From contig CP000067.1 in the NCBI GenBank assembly GCA_000002445.1, forward strand, positions 1,088,001 through 1,152,000: a stretch of 64,000 nucleotides of DNA, given 5' to 3'. The notes beneath the pieces are model-generated. The model saw only the letters and a list, made by a program, of their open reading frames with translations. It was not told where the DNA came from and made no database searches. How positions within the stretch are numbered: the stretch's first letter is position 1; each line of letters begins with the position of its first letter. The DNA comes from Trypanosoma brucei. Lineage: Eukaryota. Positions 41,291-52,137 of this stretch are shown here, in pieces. Both the position numbers and the translations under genes were made by a program.

Positions 41291-42032
41291 TCAAGATATC
41301 AACCTGAATCCGCTGCGCATGTAAGCGCTGCTAGAGAGCAAAACGTAATAAAGAAAAAAAAAACGTGCCACAAAATAGCAAAAGGTGAATTTATTACTCG
41401 CTAGATATGGGGGGAAAAAGCGAGCGACTGTCGTAGCCATTCTTTTAATTCAGCCCTGGTACACGTCCATTTACTTAACAGGGGAGAGGCATCGCCTCAT
41501 CGTCGAAAATACCCACAAAACGGAGGTTTAAGAACTCTAGATGGATAAAAGCTCGATCCACAGTGGCTGTGTGGTAAGTGGCATGGCACGCTATTCAACC
41601 CAATAATAAGGTAAAAATTAACAAACAAAAGGTTCTGAGCAAAGCATACACTGCATACAACCACCCCGGCAAGCAACAAACCGCGCAGAGGATTTGGCAC
41701 GATACCAAGAAATGGTACAGGTACAATAAAATTAGATTTAGGGCTCACACACTTTAGTAAGCACAAACAAGCACCACGTCTTGACTACAGTTCGCGAACA
41801 ATTTCGTCAAGTACGTACAAACCAACAATCACCATAGTTCTATCTTCCTCCCGCATATTTACATTTGATGAATTTTTCTACGAAGTTTCGCCACCGTAAT
41901 ATGCAGAACGCCTAACTCATTCACACATATTGGAGACGTACATAATTAATGGTCCTTCTGTGCGCACATATGCGTTGAGGTTATGCTCTACACAACAAGG
42001 GTTGGCACAAAGGTCTCCCCACGTGGATAAAA

Positions 42033-43025
42033 TCATTGTCCTGCAGCGGCAGACTTCGATCTCACACAAACACGCTGGGGAGGAATGGAGGGGCCAGTTT
42101 CTGTTAATGTGTCATCTTTCTGCTGTCGACTATGCCGAGTCTCAGTTCGAGATGCCACCCCAACATTACCTTTCGCTACCTTCGAGAAACCCGTAAATGC
42201 ACCGAAGGCTGATGAGCCCCGCAACCTTGGATATGGCATTCCACTTAGCCGACGCGAGGCACCCCACAAAGATGTGGTAGTGTTACATTTCGTGGAGTGA
42301 GTAGCATGTGACCGGCAGTTTTTGATATCTTTTAACACCTCATGGGATGCCTTTACGAAGCCACTGAAGGACGGCTTTTGCCGCACAACCTCACCATCCA
42401 TCTTACTGCGCTCACTCGGGTTCTCTGTGAGTGCACCAACAGCTGTACGTTCCTCCAATTGTACTGTATTGGGAAGTGGCGGAGGCTCAACGGGGTACAC
42501 ATGTGTTGCCGTCTGCTGCACATCGTCACCTTTGATCTTACATTCAGGAGACACACCCTTCAGGTTGGTTTCCACAGCTTGTTTTCCATTGCTTACAGCC
42601 GGTTTCACTTTTCGGTCAGTGTGTTTCCTGCATACTTGTGCTGTGCGTTCCGTGGCAGACGGAAGTACATCCTCACACACATGACCTTTGCTACAGCTCA
42701 CATCACTCTTTTGTTCGCACGGAGGTGTAGGTGGTTCACTGCAAAGGACTCGCGTCTGACTTCTTTCCCGCCCTTTACAGTAGTATTCCTCATGGGCCGC
42801 TAACCTTGCCATCTCTACTTCCATACCACAGCACGAGCATTCTACCAATTGTTGCCCACAGCGGCTGATGTGTTCACTACAGCCAAAACGCCTACAATAG
42901 GGGCACTTGCGAAGATTTTTGGGCAGTAAATCAGAACTTTTCCGCTTCGTAGGGTCACGCACAAGAGCACCATTGTACTTCCAGGGTGCACCACTCGTTA
43001 CAGTTGTCTTGCTCTCCGTTTCCAT
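42033..43025 (-). CDS. TRAF-like zinc-finger protein (330 aa), repeat copy 2
   Basis: Identical to copy 1. Confidence 0.65.
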   Translation of the reverse strand: METESKTTVTSGAPWKYNGALVRDPTKRKSSDLLPKNLRKCPYCRRFGCSEHISRCGQQLVECSCCGMEVEMARLAAHEEYYCKGRERSQTRVLCSEPPTPPCEQKSDVSCSKGHVCEDVLPSATERTAQVCRKHTDRKVKPAVSNGKQAVETNLKGVSPECKIKGDDVQQTATHVYPVEPPPLPNTVQLEERTAVGALTENPSERSKMDGEVVRQKPSFSGFVKASHEVLKDIKNCRSHATHSTKCNTTTSLWGASRRLSGMPYPRLRGSSAFGAFTGFSKVAKGNVGVASRTETRHSRQQKDDTLTETGPSIPPQRVCVRSKSAAAGQ

Positions 43026-44382
43026 GACCTACACCTAAAACAAGACAGCATAAATAATTACAGTATTTGGGAAAGGAAGGAGAGCCATGTGTGAACCAGT
43101 CGGAAAATGTATCAACGGCAACATGACCTGCACAGAGTTACTGAAGCCACGGTGTGAGCAACAGCTAGCATTTAAGGAGGGGGAAATATAACACCTATGG
43201 GAATAAGTAACGCTTACACAATGTGAAAGGAGGGTTGCAGGAGACTACAGCCAGTGCAAATGGACACAAGAGTCCTTGCTGCCGCTTTTCATAACACAAT
43301 CCAACACACAATGCAATGACTCGAGAAACCCCAACACTTCACCAGCACCTGCGGAAGCTACGGGCGTGTGTGCATGTGTGTGCACAATTTGGGGAACTCG
43401 GGCCTGACACAGACAGGATGGCAGGTAATGATAGAGTGGGAGGATTACCGCATTCCAGCAACTCTACAATGGAATAAACTTGATTCGATACCTTGCATCA
43501 ACAACTCAAACTCTCTAAATTTTTGTGAGACGCAGATGGGAAGTGAAGGAACGTGTATTCGGTGATGATGTTAAAACTAGATAAGATTTTGTGATGCACA
43601 TGTAGTTATGTTAAAAAAGAAAAAAAATATCGAGGGCTTCCTGGTGGCAAAAGTTTACCAACCCCCCATCCCCCTAAAAAAAAAAGATTTCACCGTGCAA
43701 CAGATGTGAAACTGCAGTAAATATTGAGAACTTCCCGTCATTCACACTGCGCACTATGACACCGGTTAGCTTATCTTGCTATCAGGGTCTGAAACTTTAT
43801 GTGGGAGGTGGCTAACATTTAGAGCTTTCTTCACGATATTCAGAAATGACACTGACAGAAAGCTGGTGATTACGAAAGGAGCAACGTATATTACTAGCGG
43901 TGTTCTTCAGGGGAATGTATGATCCGTGAGTATACGCCCCTGCATGTGTAAATGGATTGATTCATTTTGCGTGCTAACTCTTTTCTACTTTTCCAGAAAG
44001 TGACTTAGGTTGTGGCACCACAAAGCCGTTCCGGCGTATTAAAATTATGATGGAAAAGAAAGGAGAGGGAAATAGCCTGACTAACATTTGGGGCACCTTA
44101 TCCATGGAAGGGATCCAAACGTTGTAAAAAAACAAGTCACTGCCACTGACTCACATTGGTATTTGCCGGATAACCTCACCGTGCTCCACGGCTGTACGTA
44201 CGGTAACAAGACAAAGATTAGCACATGAAAACAAAGAAAAATTTAAGTTCTTTTAAAAAATACCCATGTTAGGAATATAACACTCTCACGACAAGAAAAA
44301 AGAAAATCTGCGGTACCTTGCATCAACAACTCAAAATCAATTTAAAAAAATATATGTGTTCACGTTCGAATTCGTGTTCGCC

Positions 44383-45537
44383 CTACAAACAACTCATTTC
44401 CCGGAGAGGTCCCTGGCTGCCCGTTAGCGAGCGGTGCGAGATGTTCTTCTCATTGTTGAACCGCCGCCTCAACTCGTTGTAGTCACTCTCATTTACATGG
44501 TGTACCATAATGGAGCTTTTTGTCACGGCTCCCAACGTTGTACCGGCGTGCACATCGTGAAACGAGCACTTAGGCTCGTGAACGTAGGTTATATTCGTAT
44601 GATACATGGCCCTCCGCAATGTAATCCCTACCATTGCGTCTTCAACCATGACACAGAGAGACTGGAACTCTTCGTCACGTATTGCTGTGTAGGGGACGTG
44701 GATTATTGTTCGAAGGGGCTTATACGAGACAAAACGTTCCGCGACGTCACGTCCTAGAGTATAGCACGCGCCATAAGCATAATTAAATCGGAAACCTTGC
44801 ACGGTGTGCACGTCTATCGTACCCCAGTATAGCCCACGGCGAGGTAGGTTGCGTAAGTCTGCTAGATACTGAGGAACGCGTAGGAACATATCGTCATCTG
44901 CCTTCGCAATATACGGGGCATACGGAAATAAGCACACTGACATGTCAAACCACAAGAATGTCTTGCGGCTCATGCCAATCTCCGCATCAATGCCCCACTT
45001 CCCACCTTGACCCACACGCTTCCTACCTGACGGCCGGCCCTCGTTCATTGGCAACGTTAAGATGTCACTCCATTGAGTAGCTTCCTCCACCAGTGCCTTG
45101 GTATAAGTGTAGCCATTTTCGGGATGTCGCGCAAGGATGTACAGCGGCAGCATTTCACCAGAGAAACCGTTCGCACGTACTGCAACGCCGGCGTATGTCC
45201 AGCATGCTGCCCGTTGCAGGTCGCGGCGGCGCCGTCTCACGTCCAGGTCTATGGAGGGGATGCCGATTACCACCAAGTACCGTCGCTCCTCCCATGCGCT
45301 AACGACGGGAGCTGGGACGTAAGTTAGCGACTGTTTCACCCACAGAGGGCGTTTCCAGTAGGTGCAGCGTTCGGTGATTTTTTTTCTTTCCCGGCGTCTA
45401 ACTCGTTCCACATCCTCTAGGAGCGTCCTGAAAGTAACAATCGCCGCGGACACTGCCAAGAGAATAATGATAAGCCAATACCTCCGCTTGTGTGCTGTAC
45501 ATCTTCCAATCCGATTTCCCCGAAGCGCGGGGGCCAT
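44383..45537 (-). CDS. UDP-Gal/UDP-GlcNAc-dependent glycosyltransferase, repeat copy 2
   Basis: Differs from copy 1 by one residue (R11G). Confidence 0.85.
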   Translation of the reverse strand: MAPALRGNRIGRCTAHKRRYWLIIILLAVSAAIVTFRTLLEDVERVRRRERKKITERCTYWKRPLWVKQSLTYVPAPVVSAWEERRYLVVIGIPSIDLDVRRRRRDLQRAACWTYAGVAVRANGFSGEMLPLYILARHPENGYTYTKALVEEATQWSDILTLPMNEGRPSGRKRVGQGGKWGIDAEIGMSRKTFLWFDMSVCLFPYAPYIAKADDDMFLRVPQYLADLRNLPRRGLYWGTIDVHTVQGFRFNYAYGACYTLGRDVAERFVSYKPLRTIIHVPYTAIRDEEFQSLCVMVEDAMVGITLRRAMYHTNITYVHEPKCSFHDVHAGTTLGAVTKSSIMVHHVNESDYNELRRRFNNEKNISHRSLTGSQGPLREMSCL

Positions 45538-46212
45538 AACTACACATCAAAGGCGTTCATATTTGAGAATCCAGTGGAGTTGAGGGGGCGTAGAGACCCT
45601 ACTGTCGGTGATAAGTTGACGTAAAAAGTACAGCCGCTGTGGAAGCAAACATCGTTACCCAACGAACGTACACAAAAACGGAAACGAAACGACCAAAACT
45701 GCTGGACCAACGTGTCAGAAAACAATAATCATGACATGAAAGTAAGCCCAACTCACGGCCATGCAAGTATTCACACATACGAAAACAACAAAAATAACGT
45801 CGCCTGAAAAAAAAAAAAACCAAACAATAGTAAGAAGTTACTTCAAGATATCAACCTGAATCCGCTGCGCATGTAAGCGCTGCTAGAGAGCAAAACGTAA
45901 TAAAGAAAAAAAAACGTGCCACAAAATAGCAAAAGGTGAATTTATTACTCGCTAGATATGGGGGGAAAAAGCGAGCGACTGTCGTAGCCATTCTTTTAAT
46001 TCAGCCCTGGTACACGTCCATTTACTTAACAGGGGAGAGGCATCGCCTCATCGTCGAAAATACCCACAAAACGGAGGTTTAAGAACTCTAGATGGATAAA
46101 AGCTCGATCCACAGTGGCTGTGTGGTAAGTGGCATGACACGCTATTCAACCCAATAATAAGGTAAAAATTAACAAACAAAAGGTTCTGAGCAAAGCATAC
46201 ACTGCATACAAC

Positions 46213-49078
46213 CACCCCGGCAAGCAACAAACCGCGCAGAGGATTTGGCACGATACCAAGAAATGGTACAGGTACAATAAAATTAGATTTAGGGCTCACA
46301 CACTTTAGTAAGCACAAACAAGCACCACGTCTTGACTACAGTTCGCGAACAATTTCGTCAAGTACGTACAAACCAACAATCACCATAGTTCTATCTTCCT
46401 CCCGCATATTTACATTTGATGAATTTTTCTACGAAGTTTCGCCACCGTAATATGCAGAACGCCTAACTCATTCACACATATTGGAGACGTACATAATCAA
46501 TGGTCTTTCTGTGCGCACATATGCGTTGAGGTTATGCTCTACACAACAAGGGTTGGCACAAAGGTCTCCCCATGTGGATAAAATCATTGTCCTGCAGCGG
46601 CAGACTTCGATCTCACACAAACACGCTGGGGAGGAATGGAGGGGCCAGTTTCTGTTAATGTGTCATCTTTCTGCTGTCGACTATGCCGAGTCTCAGTTCG
46701 AGATGCCACCCCAACATTACCTTTCGCTACCTTCGAGAAACCCGTAAATGCACCGAAGGCTGATGAGCCCCGCAACCTTGGATATGGCATTCCACTTAGC
46801 CGACGCGAGGCACCCCACAAAGATGTGGTAGTGTTACATTTCGTGGAGTGAGTAGCATGTGACCGGCAGTTTTTGATATCTCTTAACACCTCATGGGATG
46901 CCTTTACGAAGCCACTGAAGGACGGCTTTTGCCGCACAACCTCACCATCCATCTTACTGCGCTCACTCGGGTTCTCTGTGAGTGCACCAACAGCTGTACG
47001 TTCCTCCAATTGTACTGTATTGGGAAGTGGCGGAGGCTCAACGGGGTACACATGTGTTGCCGTCTGCTGCACATCGTCACCTTTGATCTTACATTCAGGA
47101 GACACACCCTTCAGGTTGGTTTCCACAGCTTGTTTTCCATTGCTTACAGCCGGTTTCACTTTTCGGTCAGTGTGTTTCCTGCATACTTGTGCTGTGCGTT
47201 CCGTGGCAGACGGAAGTACATCCTCACACACATGACCTTTGCTACAGCTCACATCACTCTTTTGTTCGCACGGAGGTGTAGGTGGTTCACTGCAAAGGAC
47301 TCGCGTCTGACTTCTTTCCCGCCCTTTACAGTAGTATTCCTCATGGGCCGCTAACCTTGCCATCTCTACTTCCATACCACAGCACGAGCATTCTACCAAT
47401 TGTTGCCCACAGCGGCTGATGTGTTCACTACAGCCAAAACGCCTACAATAGGGGCACTTGCGAAGATTTTTGGGCAGTAAATCAGAACTTTTCCGCTTCG
47501 TAGGGTCACGCACAAGAGCACCATTGTACTTCCAGGGTGCACCACTCGTTACAGTTGTCTTGCTCTCCGTTTCCATGACCTACACCTAAAACAAGACAGC
47601 ATAAATAATTACAGTATTTGGGAAAGGAAGGAGAGCCATGTGTGAACCAGTCGGAAAATGTATCAACGGCAACATGACCTGCACAGAGTTACTGAAGCCA
47701 CGGTGTGAGCAACAGCTAGCATTTAAGGAGGGGGAAATATAACACCTATGGGAATAAGTAACGCTTACACAATGTGAAAGGAGGGTTGCAGGAGACTACA
47801 GCCAGTGCAAATGGACACAAGAGTCCTTGCTGCCGCTTTTCATAACACAATCCAACACACAATGCAATGACTCGAGAAACCCCAACACTTCACCAGCACC
47901 TGCGGAAGCTACAGGCGTGTGTGCATGTGTGTGCACAATTTGGGGAACTCGGGCCTGACACAGACAGGATGGCAGGTAATGATAGAGTGGGAGGATTACC
48001 GCATTCCAGCAACTCTACAATGGAATAAACTTGATTCGATACCTTGCATCAACAACTCAAAATCAATTTAAAAAAATATATGTGTTCACGTTCGAATTCG
48101 TGTTCGCCCTACAAACAACTCATTTCCCGGAGAGGTCCCTGGCTGCCCGTTAGCGAGCGGTGCGAGGTGTTCTTCTCATTGTTGAACCGCCGCCTCAACT
48201 CGTTGTAGTCACTCTCATTTACATGGTGTACCATAATGGAGCTTTTTGTCACGGCTCCCAACGTTGTACCGGCGTGCACATCGTGAAACGAGCACTTAGG
48301 CTCGTGAACGTAGGTTATATTCGTATGATACATGGCCCTCCGCAATGTAATCCCTACCATTGCGTCTTCAACCATGACACAGAGAGACTGGAACTCTTCG
48401 TCACGTATTGCTGTGTAGGGGACGTGGATTATTGTTCGAAGGGGCTTATACGAGACAAAACGTTCCGCGACGTCACGTCCTAGAGTATAGCACGCGCCAT
48501 AAGCATAATTAAATCGGAAACCTTGCACGCTGAGCACGTCTATCGTACCCCAGTATAGCCCACGGCGAGGTAGGTTGCGTAAGTCTGCTAGATACTGAGG
48601 AACGCGTAGGAACATATCGTCATCTGCCTTCGCAATATACGGGGCATACGGAAATAAGCACACTGACATGTCAAACCACAAGAATGTCTTGCGGCTCATG
48701 CCAATCTCCGCATCAATGCCCCACTTCCCACCTTGACCCACACGCTTCCTACCTGACGGCCGGCCCTCGTTCATTGGCAACGTTAAGATGTCACTCCATT
48801 GAGTAGCTTCCTCCACCAGTGCCTTGGTATAAGTGTAGCCATTTTCGGGATGTCGCGCAAGGATGTACAGCGGCAGCATTTCACCAGAGAAACCGTTCGC
48901 ACGTACTGCAACGCCGGCGTATGTCCAGCATGCTGCCCGTTGCAGGTCGCGGCGGCGCCGTCTCACGTCCAGGTCTATGGAGGGGATGCCGATTACCACC
49001 AAGTACCGTCGCTCCTCCCATGCGCTAACGACGGGAGCTGGGACGTAAGTTAGCGACTGTTTCACCCACAGAGGGTGC
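46213..49078. repeat. repeat unit 3 (truncated, carries internal 823-bp deletion)
   Basis: See array. The glycosyltransferase start-to-start spacing is 3726 bp instead of 4554 bp. Confidence 0.9.
46584..47576 (-). CDS. TRAF-like zinc-finger protein (330 aa), repeat copy 3
   Basis: One conservative K to R difference from copies 1 and 2. Confidence 0.65.
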   Translation of the reverse strand: METESKTTVTSGAPWKYNGALVRDPTKRKSSDLLPKNLRKCPYCRRFGCSEHISRCGQQLVECSCCGMEVEMARLAAHEEYYCKGRERSQTRVLCSEPPTPPCEQKSDVSCSKGHVCEDVLPSATERTAQVCRKHTDRKVKPAVSNGKQAVETNLKGVSPECKIKGDDVQQTATHVYPVEPPPLPNTVQLEERTAVGALTENPSERSKMDGEVVRQKPSFSGFVKASHEVLRDIKNCRSHATHSTKCNTTTSLWGASRRLSGMPYPRLRGSSAFGAFTGFSKVAKGNVGVASRTETRHSRQQKDDTLTETGPSIPPQRVCVRSKSAAAGQ

Positions 49079-49266
49079 TCTGAGAGATGTTGACCTTTAT
49101 TGGCTATAGCTGTTTTCGGAACGTTGATTTCCCTTTTGCCGGCTCTCTCTGAGTTGTTGGAGAGCGTTGTCAAGAGAGATGTGACAACGCATATGGTAAA
49201 GAGCAATACCGTCAAAGAAATGCTGCTGCGCAGTATTCTTCCGCGACTGTTAAATTGCCTACACAT
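48109..49266 (-). CDS. UDP-Gal/UDP-GlcNAc-dependent glycosyltransferase, array-edge copy with divergent N-terminal 64 residues
   Basis: Catalytic region identical to copies 1 and 2 from PLWVKQSL onward, with 2-3 substitutions (HT to LS, I to T). The N-terminal cytoplasmic tail, TM and stem are unrelated (MCRQFNSRGRILRSSISLTVLLFTICVV...). Confidence 0.85.
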   Translation of the reverse strand: MCRQFNSRGRILRSSISLTVLLFTICVVTSLLTTLSNNSERAGKREINVPKTAIANKGQHLSEHPLWVKQSLTYVPAPVVSAWEERRYLVVIGIPSIDLDVRRRRRDLQRAACWTYAGVAVRANGFSGEMLPLYILARHPENGYTYTKALVEEATQWSDILTLPMNEGRPSGRKRVGQGGKWGIDAEIGMSRKTFLWFDMSVCLFPYAPYIAKADDDMFLRVPQYLADLRNLPRRGLYWGTIDVLSVQGFRFNYAYGACYTLGRDVAERFVSYKPLRTIIHVPYTAIRDEEFQSLCVMVEDAMVGITLRRAMYHTNITYVHEPKCSFHDVHAGTTLGAVTKSSIMVHHVNESDYNELRRRFNNEKNTSHRSLTGSQGPLREMSCL

Positions 49267-49685
49267 TATATAGAGGTGACTGTCTTTTGAAAGTATAGTA
49301 GAATAGTGAGAGTGTTGGTGTAGTAAATAGCGGGTTCTAACGATCGTATGCGCGTTCTTGTTGATGTTTTTTTCTGTTAATTTGCCGATATAACAGTAAG
49401 GTGGAGGGGAATTGCCTCACTTTGATGATTTGCTTTTCCTCTGCATCACTGTGTGCATGTAACGTTACAGCAGGATACGCTGTTTGTGGTGGTTGTCCTC
49501 TTTTGAGCTATTCGCTCTTTTTTCCCTCAGCGAAATGTAGCACCTTGACCCTCCCATTTACAATTCTCTCTGATGTCGAGTTAAGTTGGATCGCTGTGAT
49601 GGTAGTGCGGTCTTCTCTGTTTGTTCGGAGGTCATTGCAAAGAACTCCGGCTCTTTAACCAAGTCTCCTTTTTTCCCCCCTCTCA

Positions 49686-51536
49686 TCAGCGTTGAGTTCT
49701 CAGAACTGCATCGGCAGCGTCACCTGCTCTACGACGTAGCGGAAGGAACCCAAAGCGATAAAGCGTGTACGATACAGAGTAGCAGCGTGGGTAGAGCTGT
49801 GTCAGTTCATCACCTTCTTCAATGCGACTATTTGCACGAACTACTGCACACACCGCCTCCTTGCACATTCCGGCAGTATTGGCGACCTTGTTACTATCAT
49901 TTGAGAGTGAAATCTTCTCTATACTGCAGCTTGTATTTGACATACCTCCTGGTGGGTGCTGAAGCATATCTACTATGGGAACGATTGTCGCTATTGTATG
50001 GGGCTGAAAATCATTCACGCCGACACGGTTACGGTCGACAACCCTGAAAATGTTGTCCATGACGCCCATATGCATTTTTGTTATCAGACGTGTCCATAGA
50101 TGTAGTTTCTGAAGCACTTTTTCTTCGCTGCAAATGTCCTCGAAATGCTCAGTATGTCGTCGGAGGGGAAGAAGTCGCTGACGTGATAAAACAACACGTA
50201 GCGCCCACGTCAGATCATCCATTGATGGTGGCGGGAGCCGACCAGGAGTGGTGCACTGCGTTTTCCCTTCTTCGATGGGAGATCTCGCATTCACCACATC
50301 GTTGCCATCATTCGGTGATACGGAGCCGTCGACAGAGGAGACCTCTCCCGCACCAGAGCAAACAGCACTCTCATACTCCTGTTGCCATCTGTTACGGATT
50401 TGACGAAGGTAATGAGAGAATCTGCCACAGTGGTCAGTGTATTCAAGATGTGTCGCTGGGTCAAGCACCCCAAGGTGCAACTCCCGTATGAAGTCGTCGT
50501 CGAACGGAGAGAGAAGCCGCAAGTAAGAAAACAGGGGACTTTTGGCTCCCTCCGCACGCTCGCAGGCCAGAAGCAGGGCGAAATGTACCTGGTCGACGAA
50601 AAGTGGATGTGGAAGTGGATCGAACGAAGACTTTCGTTGACCAACAATCGCTTCCACACTTTGATACGAAGGAACACCGCGGCGTTGCGCCGCCACCGAG
50701 TGCCGTTGGAGATTCTCTGAATTGATCGTCAAACTCCAGGGCGTAAGGTTACCCTCGGAGGCAACTGAGGGTGCCGGTGAAGATGGCACAAACTCATCCG
50801 CGCTATCTGCCCCCAAAGCACCATAGAGAGGCACTGCGAATATCATGTCACCTTTGTGGAACGGTTTGCGTGCGACTAAGCCACGAGAATACTGCGATCG
50901 CAGATGAAAGTCAACGTTGTCCGTGAGCATGTTCCACAGCACTGTTTGCGAGCTCTTTATCAGCTCCTCACGAAACCATGCAAGAAAGTCCTGCACATGG
51001 TCCTCGGGCACCGTTCCCATACTATCAGTTGATATCCAATTCTCCACCCGGATGCGTTGCCTCCCCAGCTGTGGGGAAGTGAGGCTTGAGGCCCACATGG
51101 GGAGAGGCGCCTTCGGCGAATTGTTGGGAACCTCGTACACAGACAATGCGTCCGGAGGATGTCGTTCACTTGGGTCACTAAGGAACGAGAATTTTGGTTT
51201 ACGATACACTGCTGGCGGCAGCTCTTCCTCTGCCAACGGTGCTACCGCCGCTAGTGTTGCAATTCGCGGCGCGAACATTTCCTTCTTCCTTATAGTAGAT
51301 TGTACCTCCTCCGCCTGAAGGGAGGAGCCTGCTTGAGGTTCCACGCTTTCCAACGCAACGCGCAGCTGTTCATTCATTTCAACTTGCTGCCGCGCAGCAA
51401 TACCACAATTTGCGGGGTCACGTTCTTCATACGATACAAGCCTCTTTGAGGCATACCACACATCTCGTCTGAGTGGCACAAACGAAGAAGTTGCCACTCG
51501 TCTCCACATTGATAGAAGCGCATCCCTCTTCCTCAT
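49686..51536 (-). CDS. SET domain-containing protein (putative protein lysine methyltransferase, LSMT-like)
   Basis: SRGLVARKPFHKGDMIFAVPLYG, IVPIVDMLQHPPGG and a C-terminal YTLYRFGFLP are arranged like Rubisco-LSMT-type SET domains. Moderate confidence. Confidence 0.6.
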   Translation of the reverse strand: MRKRDALLSMWRRVATSSFVPLRRDVWYASKRLVSYEERDPANCGIAARQQVEMNEQLRVALESVEPQAGSSLQAEEVQSTIRKKEMFAPRIATLAAVAPLAEEELPPAVYRKPKFSFLSDPSERHPPDALSVYEVPNNSPKAPLPMWASSLTSPQLGRQRIRVENWISTDSMGTVPEDHVQDFLAWFREELIKSSQTVLWNMLTDNVDFHLRSQYSRGLVARKPFHKGDMIFAVPLYGALGADSADEFVPSSPAPSVASEGNLTPWSLTINSENLQRHSVAAQRRGVPSYQSVEAIVGQRKSSFDPLPHPLFVDQVHFALLLACERAEGAKSPLFSYLRLLSPFDDDFIRELHLGVLDPATHLEYTDHCGRFSHYLRQIRNRWQQEYESAVCSGAGEVSSVDGSVSPNDGNDVVNARSPIEEGKTQCTTPGRLPPPSMDDLTWALRVVLSRQRLLPLRRHTEHFEDICSEEKVLQKLHLWTRLITKMHMGVMDNIFRVVDRNRVGVNDFQPHTIATIVPIVDMLQHPPGGMSNTSCSIEKISLSNDSNKVANTAGMCKEAVCAVVRANSRIEEGDELTQLYPRCYSVSYTLYRFGFLPLRRRAGDAADAVLRTQR

Positions 51537-52137
51537 TCTGCCTTTGTCTCTCTCCCTCCACCTTGCGCTTTCTATTTTCCCCGAGTATTGAGGAGCAACG
51601 AAGGCAATAATAAAGGGACAGAGAAGCTAGACAATAAGAGAAAAACACGACATATGTCAAACGGTGCGGAGCACTGAGGGAACGAGTTTCCATCCAGTGT
51701 TGTTTCCGATCCATGTACAGATCAGAAAAGGAGTAAATTAGGTCACACATATTTGGGTATGCTAATTTCTTTTTTAAGAGCACGAGCAGCTAAATTATAT
51801 CGGACCAAGGGCGCGCTGTTACACATTTAAATTAAGAGAGATTGAGCCAATTGTATTCGAAGATCCTCATTCTCCCTTCTATACTGTTTTAGTGTTCTCA
51901 TTTATTCTTACTTCGGCTTCACTACCATTACTTTTCCCCTCCCTCCCGCTGCGCTCACTTCCATAACTCCTTACTTTCCCGTGGTTGGCTCATGTTCTCC
52001 GTTACAAGAGCTCCCTAGCTTCCCATTGGTATTCACGACGATCCTTTACTAAGCGGTCACAAATGTGGCCGCAGGATTTCTTCCGGAAGCCGCGAAAGTG
52101 CACACCCAAGTGAGCAGACAAGCAGTAAGAGAAAAAA

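Larger units (their letters stand above)
37108..41661. repeat. repeat unit 1 (4554 bp)
   Basis: See array. Confidence 0.9.
41662..46212. repeat. repeat unit 2 (4551 bp)
   Basis: See array. Confidence 0.9.
37108..49078. repeat. Tandem array, 2.63 units of a ~4.55-kb two-gene cassette, >99.5% nucleotide identity
   Basis: Periodicity is 4554 bp (37108 to 41662) and 4551 bp (41662 to 46213). Identical ORF sets are spaced 4554/4551 bp apart. Similarity to flanking sequence stops at 37108 (left) and 49078 (right, inside the glycosyltransferase N-terminal coding region). Confidence 0.95.

Noticed and set aside
37025-49053. Numerous plus-strand ORFs of 60-150 aa repeated three times (e.g. 37788-38249, 42342-42803, 46893-47354, 39880-40203)
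   Set aside because: They overlap the minus-strand zinc-finger and glycosyltransferase ORFs. They recur only because the whole cassette is triplicated. No motifs.
37108-49078. Possibility of a CRISPR array or other short-repeat system
   Set aside because: The repeats are 4.5-kb gene-containing units in a eukaryotic genome, not 25-40-bp repeat-spacer arrays. No cas-like genes are present and the window is not prokaryotic.
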